Assembly: GCF_052425735.1 (NCBI RefSeq)
Contig: NC_135760.1
Coordinates: 21,204,001 to 21,268,000, forward strand
DNA: 64,000 nt
Direction: 5' to 3'
Source: Oculina patagonica
Taxonomy: Eukaryota
In this document: positions 1 through 10,670 of the stretch, one piece after another
Numbering within the stretch: position 1 is the first letter of the stretch
Layout: each line of letters begins with the position of its first letter
Notes under the pieces: model-generated
The model's database searches: none
Told to the model about the DNA's origin: nothing
Seen by the model: only the letters and a program-made list of their open reading frames with translations
Position numbers and translations under genes: made by a program

Positions 1-407
1 ATATATATAACTGTAGTTGTACAATTGAGCAAATCTACGAAGAAAATGTATTTTTAACCCCTTGTGAAACGTCATCGCTTCAGCATGTATTGCATGCCGT
101 TTATTATTAAATGTAGAAGAATGTCGGGCAACCGGGAGTGCATGGTGTGCCCGCTCGGAGCATTACTTGCGCGCTGCTTTTCAATTTATGTGCTCGGTCG
201 CTTTACAAACCACCTCTCTCTAATAATATAGCTTCTTTTAAACTCTAGTAGACCAGAGAGCGCGCGCGCGAACGCACTTTGACGGTCCACTTTGTTCGAA
301 TTCTAGAAAGTGGATATCATGTAGCTAGGATTTATATATTTACTTGAGATCGAAATGATCAGATTGTAAATTTGATGCGAAAGAAACTCGAATAGCCGCT
401 ATTATGA

Positions 408-531
408 CTGACTCGTCCCCAGTCGTCTTTTATGCGAAAATTGCAAGACGCGAAGGATGAAATCCCATGATTCCCTCCGTGTTCAGCAGTCGACTCAAGA
501 CGGACTCAAAAGACGACTGGGGACGAGTCAG
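408..531. mobile_element. 124-bp MITE with 10-bp target-site duplication (MULE-like)
   Basis: Terminal inverted repeat CTGACTCGTCCCCAGTCGTCTTTT / AAAAGACGACTGGGGACGAGTCAG. GCTATTATGA is repeated directly on both sides (398-407, 532-541). Confidence 0.8.
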
Positions 532-1763
532 GCTATTATGATACGAAGTGTAACACATAGACCAACTTCCGGCCTCAATGTTGAAAGAAAATCTTCTGAA
601 AAATGGAGACCGAGTCCATGAACAAACAGAAAAATCAAAAGATTTTTTCATCGCGCTGCTATAAGATAACAAAATATTTCGCATTTAGCTTTGTTTGTTT
701 GGGTTTCGACTTTTTCAGTTCGTGGCATGCAGAAAAGTTATACCCAAACATTATTATTCTGGTGTGTACGTGTTCCGGCAAAATCACGACTAAACCGCAT
801 GCTGAGCTGGAAAATAACTGGTATCCCACGATATCTTGAACGCAGAAACGCGAGCAAGAAAAGCGAATTAACTTACTAGATCCATTCCTTATTATAATTA
901 ACGTGAATAGAAAGTAAGCTTAGGTGGGGATTTCTCTCGAAATCCAGGCCTACTTGAAATGTATACTTTTCAGAAATATTCTTACGTATCATTTGGCAAT
1001 GCTAGTTATGCTAGCGCTAATGAATTCATTAAATCAGTTAAAAATCTATTTCCTTACCACAAAATCCACTGGCCTGCGAAAACAGGGCAAGAATCACCAA
1101 AATTGCCAACAGTTGGCAGTTCATGGTGACGTGTCGTCGTTTCAAATGATAAAATAAAAGCTTTTTCTGCAGATTCGAGTCCAAGTGACCTGAACAACGG
1201 GAAATCACATGAACGAAAGAAAGGTCGGGGTTACAGGGTATCACACGATATCACGTTACTGTGAGTCCCAGTCCTTATCAATACGACCCGAAACGCGAAC
1301 GAGGCAGGATTAAGGTGTTTTGCTAGCTCTGGAGAAGAGATTTATTACACTCCCCGTCTTTAACATTTAATCACAGCTACAACAATAAAACAATTTAATA
1401 CGCAAGGCTAGAAGGCTAGTAATACGGAAATGACAAAAGAGAATTATTTGTTTCCACGCCGTTGTCACGCAACATTACTCTCAACGCGTCACGCAGCGTT
1501 GCAGAATGTTTTTACGAATTACAAAAACACTGGAAATTGTTTGGCCAATATTTCGGCTTTATTACAACTAAGGAAGCTCTTTGTAATAAAACCAAAGTAT
1601 TGGCCAAACAATTTCCATTTTTTGTAATTCTTGAAATAATTATGTTATTTACAAGCATGTGATTATAATATTGTTACTAAAATAACATTGACTAAAGAAG
1701 AGGAGAAAGGACCAATGCTGCCCATGTATCAGTTTTGCAAGGCTTGTGCATGTTCATGTTATC

Positions 1764-4202
1764 TCAATGTCCTACAAGTTTTTCTAGCTCATTTGTGAAC
1801 TTGAGCAAATGAAACAAGTTTTTCAGTTTAAGAGTTTTTTCTAGACCCTTGTAGAAGTATTCCGGGCATTCTCCGCGGAGCTTCTGAAGATCGATCAATG
1901 TTTGCCCATTTAATTCCGAAATATTTTTCTTTTTGCACACCTTTGCCAATCCAATTTCTTTGAGCCATTTCTTGACATCTTGATTTGTCCAGCCAGATAC
2001 ATCTGTCGCTGGGAATGGGGGTGGGGGTGGGGGTGAGGCTGTAACAACACTGGCCTCACTTGGTCGAATGACTGCCTCTGGTGGCCCATCCGTCGCGTCG
2101 CCATCTTTTCCTCTTCCTCCTAACTCCTTGATAAGTTTTCCAACAGCAGAATCAACAACATGTTTACTCTGAAAGCCAATCCATAGTTTTGTCCCCACCA
2201 GCATTCCTAACCAGCCGTCTGCCTGGTAATTGCGTTGCATCATCAAAGGAATGATGTCTTTTCTCAGTTGATACGCGTATTCGGCTTCTGATCGACAGTT
2301 AGGGCTTTCTTTGTAGCGTTGTGACAGGCAGACCAGCACAACAGCGGCGTCTTCGACGGCCTTGGCCATCGCTTCTAGTGTGGACCCACCCATCTGCTCC
2401 AGATCCATCCACACTCGATATCCATTGGCCTGAAGCTTGTTCTTGACTTCCACTAAGATTTCCTGGGAATCCCATTGGTAGCTGATCATCACGTGATTTC
2501 CAGTGGCTTCTTTAGTCTTGTCGGCATTGTTTCTTGCTGTCTTTCCTTCAATCTCCCACAATGCACCTGCCGCTGCCTTTTGCACCTCCGGGTTTCCACT
2601 GTGGTGTAACTCGCGTAATGTATCCAACGCCCCTTCTTCTTGCCTAATCACATCTTTGTTGAAGTCGTCAAACGCCAACATCCACAGAGCCCTTGCAGCA
2701 CTTGCGCGTTCCTCGTCATCATTTGAAGTCTTCAGAATCGACGTTAGCACACGTACCGCTCCATTTTTGCCCAGAATCTTGTTGTTGTCGTCGTCGTTGA
2801 TGGCAAGGTGGCTAAGTCCTTCTGCAAGCTCTGTCGCGGAATATCCGAGGTATCGTCGGTCTTCAGACTGACATGCTCCGTATAACTTTGTTACGATAGA
2901 GACAAGCAGGTTTTCGTCGGCTGAAATTAAATGATTGGTTTCTTCATTTACCAGGTACCCAAGGCATAGCAAGGCTTCAGTAGCAATGTTTTCATTGTTA
3001 ACCTTGGCAAAATAGAGTAATGTCTCCTCGCTGTTAGCAAACAACTCACGGTCTCTTAGCCGTCGCGAAATGTTGTACAAAATTCCGAGACATGAATCGA
3101 TAAGTTCGACTGACTCGGATTCATTTTGCCAGTTTCCATTTTCCCGAAGACGTATTATATTTTCAAGACACATAGAAACTACTCCCGCTTTGGCACTCGC
3201 CGAGCAAAAGCCGTCGGTGATGTCTGAAATGTTATGAATCGTTCCGAGCACTGTTTGGAGACAATCAAAACAAGTGAAATCCCACGATTTCTCATCTGCG
3301 CTTTCATGGTCTGATTCATCACCCATCTCGTAGTAATCGTTGAAACAATTCTGAGCGAACTTTTGCAATACCGATGCGCCGTCGATTTCTACCACAAAGT
3401 CCACGATTTCGGTGTTTTCTCTAGCTTCGCTATAGGATGTAGTGAACATGTTAGCAATAGCCTCGCCCACCAGCTCCGAATTATTCGCGAAAGTGTTTCG
3501 TAACATTTGCATATTCTTAAACATTGTTTGCAGATCGTCGGCTTGTTCCGGGTAGTTTATCTTGTATCTTTCAAGCGTATCTATGTGTAACATAGCCCAT
3601 TCAGTGTTATCTTGAATCGAATTCGTCTCATTTCTCTCGTGCTCCCTGGGCGGCCTGTCGTGACTCAACCACTGTTCCCCGGGGGGGGGTACTCCCTATA
3701 ATGGCCTATACGGGGAGGCTCCGCCCGAAAGGGGTACCTTTTTTAGGCTTCAGGTATATAAAAGGGTAGGGATTTTACGAGTTAAAGTATATGAAAGGGT
3801 ATGGAAATCTGTCATTTGGCTATTTAAAAGGGCCTTTAATTAAAATATTTCGAACAGACGCAATTTATGGCTGTATTATTTTAATTTATTGAGCGCTACA
3901 TAAAAATGACAAGAAAACGTCCTATTTTAAGTCCACGCCATGTCTCTTAGGTATATGAAAGGGGTACCTTTTTCAGTTAAAGGTATACGAAAGGGGTACA
4001 ATTTCTGTCAAAAATGGTATATAAAAGGGTAAGGGGTTAGAACTTGGGGCGGAGCCTCCCCGTATAAAACTTTTTTGAGTACCCCCCCCGGGCACTGTTC
4101 TTGAAGCACCTTTGGTTGAGCGGCATTTTGCATTGGAGATTCTGGAGAGTTGGACTGAGTGACCGCCGCGTTACTTTGTGGCTGCACCGTTTGAAGCTCC
4201 AT
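1764..4202 (-). CDS. ARM-repeat / TIR / SAM protein, paralogue 1 (inverted, interrupted by a MITE at 3678-4092; may be a pseudogene or rescued by splicing)
   Basis: ATG at 4202 gives MELQTVQPQSNAAV...QPKVLQEQ, which aligns to the N-termini of paralogues 2 and 3. After the MITE the frame resumes as WLSHDRPP and stays open to the stop at 1764. Contains ARM repeats (ELAEGLSHLAIND, AARALWMLAF, AAAGALWEI), a TIR domain (HVMISYQW...SPNCRSEAEYA) and a SAM-like tail (WTNQDVKKWL...NGQTLIDL). Confidence 0.85.
3678..4092. mobile_element. 415-bp hAT-like MITE inserted in the coding sequence of paralogue 1
   Basis: TIR CCCG(n)TACTC / GAGTAC(n)GGG with an 8-bp TSD CACTGTTC at 3670-3677 and 4093-4100. Paralogues 2 and 3 show the empty site. 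Confidence 0.92.
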
Positions 4203-4542
4203 ATTGATTGAACTTGCTAGATTACTGTGCGGCCGCAGAAACGATACGATATCAGTTCTTGAACGCTGTCGCAGTTGCTGTATGCGGAACTGAATTGGGT
4301 TGTTATCGAAGACACTACTCGCCTTGATTTCAAACAGCAACAAATTTAGCAGAGATCGTCACGCGAACACAACGTCCCGGGTTTATACTTAAAAGACGGT
4401 GTGTAGTTGAGAATGTAGTTTTTCCGTTAGCTACATGTGGAAAACAAACAGAATATTTTCCGTTTCCAGGCGAAATCAGTCATTTAGCAGTAGATTTCTA
4501 GGCCGTGACCCAGTGACCTGAGTGACGTCAATGTAATTTTGC

Positions 4543-4995
4543 GGTTGATTTCCACTGTCGCGTAAATATTTACGTATGTAAAACGTGCGTTTCCATGTGT
4601 TTAACTTAACAATAAATCATCGCTTAGACCATAGAGCAAAATAGAATTGCTGCTCAGTTAGAAATAACCAGTACGAGATATAAATGAAAAAGTCAGTTTA
4701 AAAGTAGCACGAAAACAACTCTGATATCTCTACCTTCAAAGCCTTCAAAAGCGATCAAAGTGCCTTTGACCTTTAATACTTACGGCAGAGTATCGTATAT
4801 CGCATGTCACACTTCAACATAACACACTTCTTGTTGAACAGCAACAAAAGGAAACATGAACGCTATATTGCTACTGGGTACGTCTAAAAGCCTTAGGCTT
4901 TCTTGTTAGCCAAAAGGGTGGTTAAACATTAACCACCCGGTTTCAATCTACTCAGTAGTTTCTTGTTAATTTTTTACGCGACAGTGGAAATTTGC
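4543..4995. mobile_element. Degenerate MITE related to the Harbinger/Tourist-like element at 14015-14170
   Basis: GATTTCCACTGTCGCGTAAA at the left end and TTTACGCGACAGTGGAAAT at the right end. Confidence 0.5.
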
Positions 4996-5409
4996 CAACG
5001 TACGTCTTTAAACGCGTATAACGCACGTAATTTTAATCCCTCAAGTGGCAAGTAATTTAAAACATTTCCTCCGTCCCATTCCCCTTCCCCCATTGAAGCA
5101 ATTTCAAGTGGGTGATAAAAGATGACCAGTTTTAAGCCAATCAACATGCGTGACCTTCAATGCCCTACCGACAAAAAAAACGACGACAAAAAAAATAGCC
5201 GAAGGTAGATTATGAACCGGGGGGGGCACCAGACCCCCACCCGTTTCTTTTTCACGTGTGTCGAACGTACGTAAATGCCTGCCATCCTGAACTTTGGCGC
5301 CCAAAAGCAAGGAGATCGCGGATAATTTGATGTGCCAGCCGCCAAAGTAAATGGCGCCCGCTGCATAATTCATAATCCCCGATTATTGCTCCTGATAAGA
5401 CAGCTTGTT

Positions 5410-5635
5410 CAAAACCGTTATCAAGTGGGTGAATACCACACGCTAGAAAATGAAATGCGTGAAAATGACCACAGGTCATTTTATAAATACTTCCGGATTA
5501 CACTTCAGGCATTATTGGACCACTTCCTTTCTCTTATGGGGCCGATATCGCAATGCTGCGATCGAAGAGTCGTGTACCTATCAGTTCTGCTAAACGTCTT
5601 GCCGTTACTCAGCGTTTCTTAGCTACCAGTCATTC
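5410..5635 (+). pseudogene. Decayed PIF/Harbinger transposase fragment
   Basis: GEYHTLENEMRENDHRSFYKYFRI...LSLMGPI, then after a frameshift PISSAKRLAVTQRFLATS. This resembles the Harbinger N-terminal signature ISPxERLAVTLRFLATG. Confidence 0.6.
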
Positions 5636-6989
5636 CCTTCAGACTATATCACTTAATTAATAAGGTTTAGTCAGAATTAGTCATGGCCGTCTTTGGTATT
5701 CTATCACAGCTATACCAATAACGTTAAGGAAATTATTATAGCATAAACGTAAACAAGATTGACCAATGAACAATTTGAGGTCATGGTGACGTCAAAATCT
5801 GTTTCCATGGCAACGTCACGAGGTTAAAGATGCCCTATTTTGGATCTTTCTAGGCTAATAACTCAAAAACTACCCGGTGAAAGTTCTTCTTTTTCACTAT
5901 TTTTATCCAACCATCAAAATAAACATTTTTGCAAATTTTTAAAGAATTCTGTCAAAAAGGATTCGGAGTATAAATTTAAGGTGGCTCTGTACATTTCTGA
6001 CAGATTTGTTTAAAAAATTGCCAGATCGTTTCTCTTGTCCTTTAGACAAAAATATATGAAAAACAAAAACTTTTACCGTCTACTGAGTTTTAGAGTAATT
6101 AGCCTCAAACAGTCAAAATTAAGCTATCTTTGACCACTTTTGTAGCTGCCATGGCAACGAATTTTGACGTCACAAGAACTCCAATTTGTTTAGTAATAAG
6201 ATCTTTACAAGGATGTTCTGAAACTTATAAATTTTACGCGTGCAATTACGTGTGTTGATCTGACTTAACGTTGTCAATTTCGAATGCCATGTTTATTTCT
6301 AGGTATTTACGTACGTTACACGCACGTATACGCACTGAGCGATCGTGAGGGTTTTCGCATTTTTTTCGCGGTTGTCTGCGGTTACGCAGCGATTTACTGA
6401 TCATACTTTTGGATTTTGTCACTTGACACCACTTGCCATGTCGACGCCATTTTGTTTTAATCGCCGTCGACATATTCAGATGTAGAAGCACTTTTTATAG
6501 ATGAAGTTCGAAAATTTTCAGCAATATGACCCCGCGGCCAGGGTTCGAACCCGGACCGCTCGATCCGGAGTCCGGTGCACTAACCATTAAATATTGCCGC
6601 GAACTATGTACTGAGACAATGTGTATCTACGTTGTAATTCACTTAAAAGTCCATTTTCAAATATGCTTTTTACATGTCACAGTTTACTAGAAATTGGGCA
6701 AGGCACTTTACTCTTAATGTGCCTCTCTCCACCCAGGTGTAGAAATAGGCACCGGCGACATAATGCTGGGGAGTATCCTGCGATGGATTAACATCCCATT
6801 CAGGGTGGAGTAGAAATATTCCTAGCCGGGATAAGCTCCGGCAAGTATGGGCCGCATGGCTCGAGGCTTCCCTATTACGGGGTGTCACAACCTTATCAAC
6901 CAGAAACCAATATTGGAAACCAAAAACCTTTTTTCGTCCCCGCCTTTCCGCCTCCCCCTCCTTCATTACAATCTAGGTAGTTGGCTAAG

Positions 6990-7285
6990 TTGTGGGAGGC
7001 GCGGTGGCCTAATGAATAGTGCGCCTGACTCTGGATCGAGCGGTCCGGATTCGAGCCCTGGCCGGGGTCACTGTGTTGTGTTCTTGGGCAAGACACTTTA
7101 CTCTCAGAGTGCCTCTCTCCACCCAGATGTATAAATTGGTACCGGCGACATAATGCTGGGAAGGGTACCCTGCGATTGACTAGCATCCCATTCAGGGGGG
7201 AGTAGAAATATTCCTGGCCGCTTAATGCTACGGAAACCGGAATAAGCTCCGGCAGTATGGGACCCATGGCTCAAGGCTTCCCCCT
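6990..7285 (+). mobile_element. tRNA-derived SINE (partial copies also at about 6530-6590 and 6695-6870)
   Basis: tRNA-like head GGGAGGCGCGGTGGCCTAATG...GATTCGAGCCC followed by the body TGTGTTGTGTTCTTGGGCAAGACACTTTACTCTC. The same body recurs at 14960, 28275 and 34905. Confidence 0.8.
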
Positions 7286-7326
7286 TGGCTACGCGTTGAC
7301 TACGCGTGGAACAAATCACTGCTCAC

Positions 7327-9059
7327 CTGTTCCTGGACGTCTTCAACAACAAGCTTTAGTGACTTGCGCAGTACATTGTAAGATCGATACGTCTGCGTTC
7401 TCAGCAGGCCAATGGACTCCAGCAGAGAAAGCGTCCTGTACGCATGCTCAAAACCATAAGTCTTGAAGAACATAGAAAACCACGTAAGTCTTTTTTAACA
7501 ATCTTTGTTTGGGTTGGGAAATTGGGAAAGAGAAGAAAAGGGAATTTTTAGAAAGAGAAAATGCAAAAAGAGGGGTCGATTAGGAGAGTTTTGTATCAGC
7601 ATGGTATCTGGTGATATTCCTCTCAATTTCGCAAGAAAAGTTTTAATGTTTACAAATTTCTTCATTACACCAAGACATATACAGGCATAGATTGAAACTT
7701 TTGTTTTCCAATTTTTATTGAACAACATGACTAAGCAAGGCTGATACGGCAAACATAATGTTACTTAGCGACATCGCTAAAGAATGAGGGTCGAAAATGG
7801 TCGCTGTTTCACAAACTGAAACATTCAACGCAACAAGACAACGGACAACACCAACCGGTAGAATTTCACGACAGTAGAACTCCAGCATCGTGGATTTGAA
7901 GCCGTTATTCGTCAAACATTGAGCACACAGCAAACGAAGCACCTTGTGAAAAGTGAAAGAAAATTAAGAAAATCAACGGCAGTTAAGTAGCGTAAGCGAC
8001 AGGTCGAGAAGGGAGGAGGGGGTGGGGGGAGGGGAACAAGCGAGGATCGCGAGAAAAGGAAACGAATAGCACGATCCCACGTAACGTTTTCATTTCACGC
8101 TTTACTTCTTCCTTGCCCGCACCTGCTTTGGAGGGTAGGAGAGTGGTCACGAACTTGGTCAAACATTTCTAAACTTATCTAAATGTGGATGTGTAGATAG
8201 TCCTGCAGGAACCCTTATTTGAAACCTTGTGTATTGCTTAGGGAACCATACACCCTGTTGTTGTGTTTCCTTTTGTTCTCTCGGAAAATATAACGTGAAA
8301 CCGACTGCAATTCAATTGCATCGGCAGTCGAGTGACTTCAGTATCAACTTCAAGATGACAAAGGGGAATTTACCACCTTAGCCAACCTGTGAAGCTACCA
8401 TTTGAACTCCAAATGACTGGAGGCTAACACAAGCTTTTTGAATTTGCCACGGTGGCCGTCCTACTTTTATCAACCAAAAGTTGGTAATAAATTACTTTTT
8501 TCTCCAGTTACTGTTTTATGGCTCTGAAACGTGGAGAGTAACAGAAACAACCTCCAACAAACTGCAGTCCTTTGTCAACAGATGCCTGAGGTCCATCATG
8601 GGCATCCACTGGCCAGAGGTCATAACGAACGAAGAACTGTGAACAACAACTGAGCAGGAAAGGATCAACATCCAGATAAGAAGGCAAAAGTGGGGTTGGA
8701 TTGGGCACACCCTCAACTGCAATGTCACCAAGCAGGCACTGAGGTGGAACCCACAGGGGAAGAGGAGCCGAGGCCGTCCCAGAAACAGCCGGAGGAGGAC
8801 GGTAGATGACGAGGCGAGCAAAGCAGGCTACACCTGGAGGCAGATTGAAAGGATAGCCCAAAACAGACAACGATGGCGAGCAACAGTTTCCACGGACCTA
8901 TGCTCCACTGGGAGTGAAAAAAGAAGAAGACTGTTTTATTAAAATTTGTGCACAGGTAATGCATGTTCTCTTTTCCTACCGTTATAAGCGGTTTCTTTAT
9001 TCCAAAGCATTTCTCTATGTAGGGGTTGATTTTGTCCGTGTCCAAACCTTGCGCGAGTT
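7327..9059 (-). pseudogene. VPS33A: VPS33A 3' fragment, copy A (3 exons: 8980-9059, 7856-7942, 7327-7461), decaying
   Basis: AG/GT-bounded exons encode [47 protein letters not shown] and [11 protein letters not shown]...VEDVQEQ, matching VPS33A. Downstream exons are missing and the copy carries replacement changes absent from the other copies. Confidence 0.85.
8520..8929 (+). mobile_element. 5'-truncated RTE-like LINE 3' end
   Basis: Encodes YGSETW...LQSFVNRCLR...WIGHTL...ALRWNPQGKRSRGRP, with an (AAG)n tail. 10-bp TSD ACTGTTTTAT at 8510-8519 and 8930-8939. The paralogous intron at about 18472 is empty. Confidence 0.85.
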
Positions 9060-9455
9060 CTGAGAAGTAAACAGAAAAAGAGAATATAATGTATTAATTG
9101 ACAGAATCAAATACCTGGTATTTTACATTTTTTTAAAATGTGCCAGTAAAGTTAGAGCAAAAGCAAATAAAAACATAGAACCATGAATTTTACCAGACAT
9201 AGAAACGGAATTTTACGGTATACGAATAGTCTCTGAAACAAACACATAGTTGTAAATTCAATTGCATAGATAGTTATTAATATATCGCTTAAAAATCAAA
9301 AAGCTTGTGAAACCAGGAGCCATAATCGATTATGGCTCCTGGTGAAACTTAGTAATCGCTAAATATTTAAGCTCGTCACGAGAATTATTTGACTTTCAAA
9401 AACTGCAACATTGCTACATGGCAAAAGCGCTAATGAACCAACACATTCTTTGTAA

Positions 9456-9700
9456 TACAGTCGAAGCTCTCGTAAGCGGACACCCTCGGGACGCGAAAAA
9501 AGTGTCCGTAACTGGAGCTGGCCGCTTACAAGAATGGTTCTCGTAAGCGGCCACTTGAGGCGTAAGGGATATATGGCCGCTTACGGGAGCTTGCCCAGCT
9601 AACAATAACCGGACGGACGTGGATGGCGACAAAACAAGCACTGAAATATGTTACTGTAATTACTGTAAAATCATTGTGTCCAACAGCGATGTGAAGTGTC
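9456..9700. mobile_element. Truncated copy of the CAGTCGAAGCTCTC MITE family
   Basis: Closely matches the left part of the complete element at 13713-14334. Confidence 0.7.
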
Positions 9701-9714
9701 CACAAAGAGGAATA

Positions 9715-10051
9715 CCGTAGAATTCCGGTTATAAGCCCTGGGCTTATACAACTTCGTAAGGGTTTTTGGGTGGGCTTATATGCGGAGGGGCTTATATTCG
9801 GGAGGGCTTATAAGAGGAAGGAAAAAAACGTTTCGAAAAGAGCCTCAGGAGTGTTGATCGAAATACGCTTTTAAGTTAAAACGCACAAAAAAGCAACATT
9901 TAGCCCTGTTCAGTACTGTCATCCGGTAGAGGGGGGCTTATATCCGGGGGGGGCTTATAACCGGATGTATCTTTTTGTTTCCAGGTTGATGGGCCTATAA
10001 CCGAGGGGGCTTATAAGTGGGGGGGGGGGGCTTATAACCGGAATTTTACGG
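9715..10051. mobile_element. TA-flanked Tc1/mariner-type MITE (CCGTAAAATTCCGGTTATAAGCCC family)
   Basis: TIRs with TA duplications and internal GGGCTTATA repeats. Further copies at about 17043-17352, 34158-34422 and 52480-52790. Confidence 0.85.
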
Positions 10052-10670
10052 TATGCATTTTGAATTACGATGTACAGAATTACAATACAGAACAACCCGG
10101 TTAAGAAAGAGATATACCATCATTTTATGGTGGGAAGAAAACAGTTTACGTACCAAACTTCAATGCTTACAAACGACGTAAGATGGTAATTAAATTAGGT
10201 ATTGTTTGTGAAACGTTTCAAACAATGATTGCGTGATGAGCCAAACGAGATTTGCGTGACAGTCCACCCCCAGCGATAACACACAGCATGTCACTGACCA
10301 GCGTGACGCCATAGCAAATTTACATTAACGTCACTGGGTCGTCGCCTAGAAATCTGCATGCTAAATAATTGATTTCGACAATAAACGGAAAATATTCTGT
10401 TTGTTTTCCACATGAAGCCGACGAAAAAACTACAATCTCAACTACATACCGTCTTTTAAGTATATACCCGGGACGTTGTGTTCTCCGCTAAATTAGTTGC
10501 TGACTGAAATCAAGGCGAGTAATGTCTTCGATAACAACCCAATTCAGTTCCGCATCATAGCAACTGCGACCGGGCTCAAGAAACATCATTATATCGTTGA
10601 TGCGGACGAACAGTAATTATAATCTAGCAAGTTCAATAAATAATAATAATAATAATAAAAAAAAAATAAT

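Noticed and set aside
430-1662. Short ORFs of 60-100 aa here and throughout the introns
   Set aside because: No recognisable domains, and most fall in repeats, UTRs or introns.
2503-2871. Antisense ORFs conserved in all three paralogues (also 11639-11980, 22417-22785)
   Set aside because: Their conservation follows from the near-identical sense-strand ARM coding sequence, with no independent support.
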